NCBI RefSeq assembly: GCF_001194135.2
Contig: NC_068993.1
Coordinates: forward strand, 49,736,915-49,800,914
DNA length: 64,000 nt
Reading direction: 5' to 3'
DNA from: Octopus bimaculoides
Lineage: Eukaryota
Shown here: piece after piece, positions 27,224-38,808 of the stretch
How positions within the stretch are numbered: position 1 is the first letter of the stretch
Layout of the letters: every line of letters starts with the position of its first letter
Program-made: the position numbers and the translations under genes
The notes under the pieces: model-generated
Seen by the model: only the letters and a program-made list of their open reading frames with translations
Told to the model about the DNA's origin: nothing
The model's database searches: none

Positions 27224-27244
27224 ACGCCCAGTATTTCTGCATCG
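27224..27244 (+). CDS. Candidate 21-nt microexon
   Basis: TTAACAG|ACGCCCAGTATTTCTGCATCG|GTAACT; frame-preserving, open in all three frames, TG/T-rich upstream tract. Confidence 0.2.
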
Positions 27245-30024
27245 GTAACTTTTAAATGTTTTATCTTTCAGTGTTCAATTATTTCTTTAAAAGTCCCTGT
27301 GTAGTATATACCTTTTAGCTCTCTCTTATTCCATACATTTCCTAAATATTCCCTTTGCTTCCCTCTTCTCTATCTATGCACTCCCTCTTCTATCCATATA
27401 TCCCACTCAACACCTCTCCATACACCACCACCACCCCAGCACAACTACCACCCTTATCTCACTCCTCTTTTAGTGTATTGGTTTACTGTTGTTGATGTTG
27501 TTGCTACCGCTCGTACAACTGTTGTTGTTTTGTCTCTTGTATTATCGTTAGCTGTTAATTTCCTGTCAATAATTCCTGACAATAAAACTCAAACACAAAA
27601 TTTCAAAATTGATTCTCACTTTCTTTTTTATTTTATTTATTTATTTATTTATTTTTATATATATGTGTTTTCTTTTGTAACCTTTCACTTATTGAATTAT
27701 TGATTTTCATGATTGGATTTCTGTCCTTTTAGGAAATGATTTTTGAAGGTTTTTGACATTCAGATCAGTTTTTAGGATTTCATATATATATTTTAGCTTT
27801 GCTTTATCAAATACTTAGAAAGGAGTTAGAAGAAAAATATATATAAAAAAAAAAGGAATAAAAATATTCATAAAAGACAGAAAGAGATAAGGAAAGGAAA
27901 TATATGTGTAAATATATAAAAATTGATCCCAGCATGGTTTTTTTTTTTTAATAGTTCTATAAATATTAAACAAAACCTAGTGTTTTCCCATCTATTCTCT
28001 ATATCTTTTAGTTCAAAAGACCTTTTTCTCTTTTATAGTGAGTAATTTCAATTTATGAACATAATATAGTTTGAAAAGAAATTAATAACTAGAATTTGAT
28101 GAAAATACACACTGACACACACACACATACAGTATAACACATACACTCCCATATACATATAAAATCTGATTTTAATTATTTAAAAACAATTCTCTTTAAT
28201 CTGGTTTTATTTTATTTATGTATATATTTATTTATTCCTATGACTAAAGCTTGTATTAACTCGTCTATTCAAATGTGTACAGCAATTCAGTGTAAACAAC
28301 AAATTAGCTGTAACATCTGTTTTGTAAGTGTTGCCTTCATCACAAGAAACTTCATTACTGCTATCAAACAGTTTACTTTCTTCATTGATTCTTACTTTCT
28401 TTTCTTCTTATAAATGATTATCATTTAACAGATTATTTATTTATCTTTTCGTTATTTATTTTTTGGTTGCTATGGTGCTATAGTGGTTTGAAGAACCGCC
28501 ATTTGATATGATGTTAGTGGATGGTTGGATGAATGATTAGGTAATGTATGTTCGTGTTTGGGTAGGATATGGTCAGGTAATGAATGTTGCTCTGTGAGGA
28601 AGATATGTGTGGTTAGTGGATGGATGTTATTCTATGATAGTGGTCAGTAAATAGAAGTTTTGTTTTTTAGTCTTGTGTCACCCCTGGTTGAGCAGATTTA
28701 TGATCAAATGCATTCCAGCCAAGGTCAGCTTATTCTTCTCCAAGGTCAGCTTATCATCCAATGTAGCCTTCTCTTCTAAAAACAGCAAGGTGTAATTTCT
28801 AACAGGTGGTCAACCACATAGATGTTGTTCTACAACATATGTGAGTGGTCAGTGAATGGAAGTTCATCTTACAGTACAAAACAGATTCTGTGTGTGTGTG
28901 TAACACTTGAATGTAGAGGCTCTCAAAATATAAGGAATCCAACCTAAGAAGGGAAATGAGGGAAACAAACAGTAGATACAAGAGGAAAAAAAGGAGAGGT
29001 TTTTCTCTCCTCCGCCTCCTCCTCCTCCAATCTCTTCAGGGGTAGTGTGAGGAGAGGGAAATAGAGCATCTGCTTTTACCTGGATATCAATAGATGGTGT
29101 GGAGCTAGTTATGAATGTCGCTAAATTCTGTTAGGTACTGTAATGTCTGTTATCCTTCTACCATTCAGATGTGCTCTTTGTATAATGATTTCTAACATTG
29201 GCAAAAATTCTCATATTTTGGGGTGAATATAGTCAAGTGAATCCCCCGCCCACAAGAATTTTATATTAATTTATTGATCTCAGATGGATGAAAGGTAAAA
29301 ATTGACCTCAGTGGAATTTGAACTCAGAATCTAACACATTTTGTATGGCACTAATGATTCTTGCAATCCATCAACATGTTCTAATATATTAATAATATTA
29401 AAGAACTTGTAAGTAAAATGAAACGGTGTCTTAAAAGGAATATTTTTGGGGATTTGTAAATATCATAGGTTAATAGGATTTTTATTAATGCTTTGTATCA
29501 CAGAAGAAAGAGACCTTTGGCAATTTGGACGTTGAGTAATAGGATGATAGCATTTAAACTGAAAGATTCCCTGATGAGTTTTTGATTGTTGTTGTTGTTC
29601 ACCCTCAGTTTATCTTTGATCATGTTGCAGATACTTGATCAAAGGTGTTCAAGCTATAATTATCATGTCTTTTTTTTTTTAGTCAGGAGTGTACATCCAG
29701 GAGCACATTATCTAATGTGTCCTTCTCTTTTTAAGTCAATAGGGTATGACTGGAGGGAGATTTTGTTGCTGTTTCTAGTAGATAGGATGACTGTGAAAAG
29801 GCTCCCTTGTTGGCATATGATGATTTGGTAAGAGGCAGATCAAAGAAAAATTCTAATGGCTTAGCTACAACTGACCATAGAATGATGGAGGTTAGAAGAA
29901 ATAACTGAAGGTTATAATAGCTTGGAATGAATTCTTTGCCAATTAGCTAAAACTCATTTCAACATGGTATAAACTGTTTTAGAATATGTTAAGGGATGAT
30001 ATACTGAATAGCATTAGCCAAATA

Positions 30025-30361
30025 CAGGCATACTTCAACTTACACTGATAATTTGTTCCAAGACATGCAATTTAACTCCAGGAATGACATAACATGAAAA
30101 ATAACATTTAAAAAATTTATTAGTTTATATCTGCTTTAATAAATGATTTGTAAACATTTTCCCATATATTTGATTTTTCCACTTTAGTGTAGGCTCTTAA
30201 GCATTTTAAAAATTCTTATACTTTTAAATGTTTGCTGAGACTGAAATAAATTTGAATACATTGACTAAGTTAAGTCTTATTTTTACTATTAATTTCTTTA
30301 AAACAATGACATAAAGTTAAAAATGACATATCTCAAAATGATGTAAGTTGAAGCATCCCTG
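30025..30361. mobile_element. Tigger/pogo-like MITE (337 bp)
   Basis: TA flanks at 30023-24 and 30362-63; 19-bp TIRs CAGGCATACTTCAACTTAC / CAGGGATGCTTCAACTTAC (17/19). Confidence 0.8.
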
Positions 30362-31356
30362 TATTCTCAATTAACTGAAATTTCCCTTTTAGTTAGAGAA
30401 AGGAAACAAAAACTTAGCAATAAATGTTCACATTGAAGTTGTAGAAGAAATATCTTGTGGTGGTTCCTCTGGCTCTTTGTATTCTGAGTTCAAATTTTGT
30501 TGAGATTAACTTTGTCTTTCAACTCTCAATAAAGTACCAGTCACAGACGGGGCTCAAGGATATTACTTAACGTACATCCCCTAAACATTGCCGGCCTTGT
30601 GCATAAATTAGAAACAATAATTTCTGTATTCTGGTTCTTTCTTATTCCCTTAATTAATCACCTTTGTGCAAGTTCTTGTTTAACTTTAGGATATTCACGA
30701 TTGAGCTAATCTATGACAAAAGGTATTCCAGACACAAACAAGCCATCATTTTCAAATTCCAAGGAGTCTATTTGACAGTGTGTCACTTCATTTTAAGAGG
30801 GTAGCATAAAGCTTGAAGTAGACTTGGCTGCTATTTCTAGCAGATCGAGTGACCACATAGAGATTCTTTATAAGTAAGGATTTTATGCACTTGCATGGAA
30901 TAGGATGGAACCAAATTTACTTATTTGTCATTTCCTAACTTGTGTGCTTGGCAGCAGTTACAAGTCTTCAAACATAATGGACACACAAAGATTTGAAAAT
31001 AGCTAAATGATTATGACACTACACATAGACAGAGTTATGGATCAGGTTATCAATAAAAAAGAGTAAATATAAAGAATTTGGTCAATTTGTCAGCAGGCTC
31101 CAAATTTTAGGTAATATATTCCTCGGTATTTCTATATTTTCTCATTTTTCTTCACAATCTCTTTTTTTAGTAATACATTGACTGACAGATATAGGGAGAT
31201 CAAGAAAATAGTTATAGTTCCTGTAAAGAATATATCTTTTTCTTCCTGTTAAAATTCTATTCAGGCACACCAACAAACAAGAAACTCTTTGTATATTACT
31301 AGTAACATACTCAGATATGCATGCACTTGTGTGTGTATGTGCGCACACATATGCAC

Positions 31357-31392
<36 letters not shown>

Positions 31393-31748
31393 GCATGCCC
31401 ATTCCCTCTAATATCCCATTCACTTCCTTTGTAATGTGACCTGTTATAGTCAGAACCATTTACATTATTTTACACAAAGCTTGTCAAATCTTTAGTCTAT
31501 TTAGTTGGACCTATTCTGTGGTATTCAATAATTTCAATACTCTCATAGATTCTCAATTTAGCTTTGAGTAGACCCGAAGCTCTACTAGCTTCTCTCCTTG
31601 AGAAATTTTCCTCTGTCAAAGTTTGATTATGTAACTTATTTCTCCACTTTCCATGTTAAAGTAATATTGTATATCTATTTAATTTGATGCTTTGCCTTCT
31701 TAGATAATAAGATCCTATGTTATATTCTTCAGAGTCACCTTATATGTG

Positions 31749-31870
31749 AAAGCATGGCCTAGTGGTTAAGGTGTTACACTCGTGATCACCAGATTATGGG
31801 TTCGATTCTTGAACCAGGTGGTGTGTTGTGTTCTTGAGCAAAAACACTTCCTTTCACATTGTTCTAGTGC
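31749..31870 (+). mobile_element. tRNA-derived SINE head (octopus OR-like from memory)
   Basis: A-box TGGCCTAGTGG, B-box GGTTCGATTC, then TGTGTTCTTGAGCAAAAACACTT; no tRNA 3' acceptor stem. Confidence 0.75.
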
Positions 31871-32759
31871 TGTGTGGTGATCAGTATATCAAAGAATAGA
31901 GCCAGCGTTTCTTCTGCTTGTCATAAAGGCTGACCAAAAGAGGTTGAAATAGGATTTGCATTTCAACTTCATAAAACTCTCACCAGCAACGCCTACCTAA
32001 ACGCACCCATGAGCTGGAGGGTTGTCACGTGAGTGGTGCAAGGGCACCATTCTCCAGGAGTTGTAGGGATTCACCGATACATGGTGAGTGCAACAACATG
32101 CTCCTACAGTACCTGTTGCCATACTACTATTACTACTACTACCTTACATCTTGCCACTGAATATTCTCAACAATTTTGACTCATTCTGCTGATACTCAAA
32201 CTTGACAATGCTTGGTTTCAATAAATTGCACCATGCTGGGTTTTTTTTTTTTCTTTCTGTCAGTACTTACTACATCTCTGTGCAACACTAAATTATATAA
32301 GCTTCACCTAAACAACATCTAAGACAGAAAGAGATCAACGTAATTATTGCTGATGAAAATGCAAGTGCAGAAAACCAATTCCTATAATCAAGGCACTGTA
32401 CTATCTTATTATCCTATACTGGCCTGCTTATTCTTTCTTTAAAATATGCAGCTACTTACTGTTTACCTAACTGGTCACCTAGTTGTGTACCATTTGAATT
32501 GGGATTGCAATAATCTAATAGAGAAATTGGTATTTTCAGTGTCTATTTAGTGTTCAAAGTACTTTGCCTCTCTTTGTTTTATCTTTTATTATAGAAGAAT
32601 TTACACATGCGATTTTGCTAACTCTTTTATGAATTTACTCATTGCACATTGTACCTATTTATGTATAAAAGCATCCAGCACACACACATACACACACTCA
32701 CTCATGCACACACACTCATCCACTCACCCACTCTTCTAGTCTTCCATGACAACACGTCA

Positions 32760-32912
32760 AGACATAGGGAAAATATTTCCTTGCTTGGAAACAAGTAAGG
32801 GTTGATGACAGGAATGGTAGCTGGCCATAGAAAATCTATCCCAACAAATTCTATCTGACCCATACAAACATGGAAAAGTGGGCATTAAAACAATGATGAT
32901 GATGATAGCATG
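32760..32912 (+). mobile_element. RTE-like tail-sharing element (second subfamily)
   Basis: CTTGCTTGGAAAC...GACCCATACAAACATGGAAAAGTGGGCATTAAAA(ATG)n; homologous to 61190-61342. Confidence 0.7.
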
Positions 32913-34719
32913 ATGGGAATTCTGGCTTTGTCCTGCAGACCAAGCAGCATATTGATTCCTCTACACTCAAAAGAAGTAAATCTGCTGATCCCTTCTAATT
33001 TTTCTCCTTAATTAGTATTCCCTGTTTATTAATTGATTGCTGAAGAACAGTAATTGATACCTAATAAACTGGACTTCAGAATCTAACTCGAAGGTTGACA
33101 ATTCAAGCCTTGCACCATTGCCTAGAAACAATAATTTTTTTTTCTTTCTTAGGAAGCATATGGTGAGAAGTGTATACCATTCTGACCTACTAAAGAAACC
33201 ATTAATTTCTTGGTTGACTTATTTGAAATAATTGTCAAATCTCCCTCAGATCATACACTGTTCTTTGGAAAAGGAAGGGTACAGGGAATAATGTAAAATA
33301 TATCATGTCTAAAGAAAAGGTGGGATGATCACTACTGGAATGCCTTTGGTTATAGGTTTCCTTTCATAAGTTGATCCAAGTGTTAAACAATGTAAACTTA
33401 CATAAGTTATATTTTGGTGTTGAATGATTGGTGATTGCATAGGAATCTAGTTGGCTTAACAAATTCCTGAAGAAAATGCTTCAGTAATTTAAGAACATTC
33501 TGTAAAAATAAGAAAATAAAAGTGAAAATGAAATTTTAGAAAAAATAGCAAATAGAAAGACAATGCAAAAAATACCTCACTTTTAACAGTACAGAGCTTA
33601 CCTATGCTTTCCAATCTGTTTTTTGTTCTCTTTCTGTATTGAAATACACTGTCTGAGTAGCCCGATGATAAATATAATTAAAAATTCTAACCAAACCTAT
33701 TCTTTCTGTCTTGATGTTAGCATAGAGGAGAAACCTGAGTGAATAGCGTTATATCTTGTTTTTCGCTCTGATGTGAAATTTTGGTGTATATCTATTTCTA
33801 TATCTCTAAGAATAATTATTCAGCACTGTGCTAATAAGATTCTTGAAACCTCCACGTTTAAACCCAAGAGCATTAGGTGGGCTGAAAAATCTGGAATGTG
33901 TAGATAGTTTTCCCTTCTGTATTTAAACCTTTACGATATGCATATTCAAATAAACAAACAATTTGTTTTGCAGTTGATACTGTTTCCCCCTTTGCTACTT
34001 AACTATTTTATAAATCTTTTGTTTTATTTCACACCATTTGTTGTTCCCAGACAAACCAATTTATTATCTTGTTTGTGTTTTGTTTATTTCTTAATCTATC
34101 TCACCTGAAAAAGTAATCAACATAATTTTCTATAGCACTTCCCTTTTGTAGCTTTTTCTAGTTTGTATTTTACATACATTTCCATTAGGTGTGTAATATA
34201 TATGTATGTGTGTATATATATATATATATATGTGTGTGTGCTTGTATGCATCCGCAAACAAAACACACATGTCTGCATAAAAACACTGAAGTATTTACTA
34301 ACTTAAGTCAACTGCATCTTCCTGCCTGAGTGGTTCGGTTAATGGCTTCAGTTAGTTGCTGGTGCTAACTAGCGAAACTAATATTTTTAGCAGTACAATT
34401 GTGACATCCGAATTAACTTTTGACACTGATTCAAAAAGAAAGAAAACCGAACAAAACAAAAAGCAAACATTTCAAAAGCCTCGTGTCATTATTTGCCGGA
34501 ATTAATTTAAACATTGAAAACATATTTCTCAGGATTAATGTTTGTTTATTCATTTATTCATTTATTTATTTTTACTTCAAAGCTAATGTATATAAAATGA
34601 ATAGCCTATTCTCTCATAGTTATTGCTATGCTGTCTTATTATTATTTGAAATAATGTATGTCACTACAAGCCACATGGTTCAGTCAAATGTGTTCTTAGC
34701 TAATGGACAGTAGTATGTA

Positions 34720-34921
34720 TTAGCCTTTTTGATGCCAACCACCCTGAGATCACTTCTCGTTCTGTAAAACAAACTTCCTGTTTTAAAGGGATCTAATTTG
34801 AAACCTTCCCTTAAAATATCATGCTGATTTATGCTCCAAACAATAGTTTCTTTATTCCTTTCAAAATTAATTGGAATGAAAGCAGTATAATTCATTAGAA
34901 GTATAGTAATGAAAAGGTTAA
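34720..34921. mobile_element. TTAA-type piggyBac-like MITE, family 2 (decayed)
   Basis: Starts TTAGCCTTTTTGAT, ends ATGAAAAGGTTAA; degenerate TTAA-CCCTTT...AAAGGG-TTAA termini; body unrelated to family 1. Confidence 0.5.
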
Positions 34922-36948
34922 TTAGATGGGAGATGAATCTCCTTGAATAGGATATAAGACTATTAGATAAGTATCAGGTGTAGAAAATCTGTTATTTGTT
35001 ATTCTCTTCATTATTACACCAAGACATATACCTGTCTTTGAATAAGTGTGTGTATGTGTGAGAGGGAGAGAGAGAAAGTATGTAGCTAGAAAAGTCAGTG
35101 TGAATATGGTTGGAAACTTTTTTTAACCAAGTGGGCTTTAATAGTTCAATGCTGTAGCCAGTTATAAATTTGGTTTATAGAAATTGGTTTTGATATTGAC
35201 CAAGTGAAGTATACCACATTTGCATACTAAGTAAGTTTCAATGAAGCTTCTATGAGATAAAAGCCTTGTCCATAAATACTAAAGAACAAAGTGTCTATGT
35301 AGTAGTCATGATATATGCTTTTTTTTTTTACTTACAATAGGTATGGTAATATGTAATATCCACTGGGCAGATACACATATTTTTCAATAGTTTAACCATA
35401 GGGCGAATGACCACTGGACTTTTCAGGGCTCTCATATTGGGCAGAAAGGAATAAGTTGACTTCAGACTCAAACCTGGTGTGAAAGCTTACAACAGAGTGG
35501 ACTCCTCTAAAGGCACCTTATAGTCAGGTGGAGATGTTTGGAGATGCTAAACTGAACGATAACAATTGCAAGCTTAACTATTTTAGTGTATACATATCTT
35601 ATTATGGTAATATGATATGTTAAATGGATTTAATCATCAATACCATCATTAAAAAAAAGTGTCTACCAGACAGTCGTATTAAGTTACAAAACATCAATGA
35701 AGGAGAGAGAGATTTCCTCCACCATCTCTTTCCCCCCTGGTTGTAATTAATGAAACATTGTGATTTTAAATGTAAAGAATAATTTTCTGTGCATTTTCAG
35801 ACTAGTATTCAGAACAATAGACAGAACTATATTCAGTGTGAAGTCAAGTATATAAAGCAATTTTCAGTGTGTCATTAAACTTTCTGTGTGAAGTTAATGA
35901 TGCTCTCTTTGCATAGAGCGTTAGTTTTTCGCTATTACTATTGGTAACGTTTCCTCTTAAAGTACAGACACCAGTATTTAGATGAATTGATATTGTTGTT
36001 AAACAACTAAACCTTGTTGATCATAACATTGTTTATTGGATTTTGGTTTGTTATTCTTTCTGTTTCCTCTTCTTCTCTACGGGGAATCTAAGAAGAACTG
36101 CACAGATGCCTTAGATAATGTCATTGTTAAAGTTAATTTTGGAAAAGAAAAGAACTGAATGAAGATTGAGAACTCTGACAAACTGTTATGACTAGTTTAG
36201 GCATTTTATTTGAAGGTGGAAGGGTTAAACTGTAGAATTGGAACTTGATAAGGATAACAGTTTTGGAAACCCTGGAAATAAATAATTGAATTTATTCTTT
36301 ATATTTTTGTTCTATTTAGAGTTTCCTTTCTTCAATATGGGCAGATCTGGTTGTATAAAGATGATGTTTGAAGATAAATAAGGATGGTTTAGGGTAGGCG
36401 AAACAGCTGTCTGTGTGAAGATTGAGTGTCTTTCTTCTGGGTTGTCTGGTAAGCTGTAGAGATACAGAAATGAAGGTTCTGATTAATGCACTTGGTGCTA
36501 TCCTGATCAATTTGGTTAAAGACATTCCCCAAAGGAAGCCAGGCTAAAAAGTAAAAGGGTCAGGAGTCAGACTAGCAAAAGTTTCAAAGACAAAATAATT
36601 AATGGTCATTTAACTAGTGTCACTGAACAACCAGTGCCAACAGCCAGACAAGAAAAATGCAAGAAAGAGGAGGGACAAAAGAAAGGAAGAAGAGTGACCA
36701 ATCAACTGAGTGTTCATAATTCACTAAGAGTGAAAAATGTCTCTCCCTCTCTCTTTTCCTCTTACTTCTCCTCCTCTTCCTTAAACATTCCATGTGATAA
36801 ACATCTGATTTTTAGCTTTTGTTCAGCGCTCTGCCAAATAATCTCTCACTTTGACTTTTCACCTAGAATTATCGGCTTTTCATGTGATTTTTCTTTCGCA
36901 TTTGTTGTTTCTGTTTTTGCAAAAAACTAAATAAATAAATAAATAAAA

Positions 36949-36993
<45 letters not shown>

Positions 36994-37762
36994 GGAAAGA
37001 AAATCCGTTCCTATTTAATCTTTCCTTCCATCTTAGAGTCATTTGCATCAGAAATTAAAAACTATATATAAATGTATGTATGTATGTGTATGCATTAAAA
37101 AAAATATAGAAGGAAAAGAACAAAGCCTCTCTCTCTGCAATGCAAACAGTGCAAATATAAACCACGACCCTTATTTGCAGCTATTATCAATTTATATTTG
37201 CCAAGTTGTCAGTGTAATATTAATGGCAGATTAATTTTTAAGAATTCTTTCCATATTTACTGGAAAATGGGTGCCCTCTTTGGGGTTAATGAAGCTTTCT
37301 TTCTTTCTTTTTCTTTCAATTTTTTTTTTTTTTTTTTTGCATCCCAAATAACTTTTGTGTAGTTATAAATTCTTATGATTATTCTTAACTCTACAAAAAT
37401 AGAAAGAAAAAAAAAACAAAAAAAAAAATTATTATTCATATTGTAGATCTACATCAGAACCTGGATTCTATGTTTAATATTTTTGTCAGATTGAAATAAG
37501 AATATATCTTCATATCTTTTCTCTTTTCCAACTTCCTTGTATCTCCATCATTTCTTCTTTATCCTCCTTGTCATTCATTCTTACATCATTCTTCATACAC
37601 CTATATTTCAATAAACGGATTTATTACGAGTTTAAAGTCATAGGTTTTGCATCTCTTATTTCGGTTCCATACTGTTTCAAGTTCAATTCATGCTGGAATT
37701 AAATGGGCTTCTGTAATACTATATTTTTTTTTAATGTCTACTAGTGATTAATTGGGGGATGA

Positions 37763-37983
37763 TTTACCTCTTCAGCATATAAACCAGCCCGATCAGACCC
37801 AAATATTGTACCTGTTATATGTTCAAACTGGCCAGATCCAGCCTCTTATACCCGCCCTAAAATGTTATTCTCAAAATAAACAAACACATCCTCAAAATCT
37901 TGAAGCTATGAGATTATTGCATGATTAATTCAAGATAAATAAGCATTACATTTGACAAAGTAACCTGAATGCTAAAGGGTTGA
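37763..37983. mobile_element. TTAA-flanked piggyBac-like MITE, family 1
   Basis: TTTACCTCTTCAGCAT...AATGCTAAAGGGTTGA; aligns with the 4139-4361 copy. Confidence 0.75.
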
Positions 37984-38551
37984 AGAAATCTTCCAACAGA
38001 TCTAGGATCTACTGTGTTGTCAGTTGTTACCATTCATTTTACTTGTATATCTAGAATTACACCTGTCCAGTGTCTCTGTAGAATTTTTTTTTAAGACAGT
38101 ATAGTGTGATTTATGACAGATTTAGCTGTTATATTAGCTTATGCCTATTGCAAGTGCATAGAGACTTTCACATTGTTTCCAATTGTTGTTGTTGATCATA
38201 AAGCTGCTACCAGAACTTCTTTTTGTCAACATGACCATCACTGGTTGCTTTGACTACTGCTGCTATTATTAATTTACTTCTGCTTGAACTGTTTCTCTAT
38301 TTCTGTTGTAATCAATTCTGCTATCAACATCTCCACCAACATAGTTTTGTTGCTAATGTTGTCATCACAATTATTTTTCATGCATAATTATTATTGTTGT
38401 TGTTATATTCATATTTACTACTGAACTAGCAGAATCATTAGAGTATCATAAAAATGCAGTGCCTTGAAGTTTGTTTCAGCCTTTTATGTTTGGAGTTCAA
38501 ACCCTACCAAGGTACACTTAATTATTTTTCAATACATTGTCCCATTCTTAA

Positions 38552-38808
38552 AGGCAGCCAGCTGGCAGAATCATTAGCATGATGGGCAAAATGATGGGCA
38601 AAATGATGGGCAAAATGATGGGCAAAATGCTCACCAGCATTTTGTCTGTCTTTACATTCTGACTTCAAATTCTGCCAAGGTTAACTTTGCCTTTCGTCCT
38701 TTTGGTGGTGGTCAATGAAATAAGTAGCAGTTGAGCATTGGAGTCAATGTAATTGACTCACCACATCTCCCAAAATTGCTGGCCTTGTGCCAAAATTTGA
38801 AACCAATA
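38552..38808 (+). mobile_element. SINE family A with internal 12-bp tandem amplification
   Basis: Family A head and core; (GATGGGCAAAAT)x4 at 38581-38628. Confidence 0.85.

Noticed and set aside
31749-31820. tRNA gene
   Set aside because: A/B boxes are present but there is no closing acceptor stem; it continues into SINE body sequence
32349-32380. Hammerhead ribozyme (CTGATGA...GAAA)
   Set aside because: Stem II cannot form directly after CUGAUGA and no flanking stems are evident
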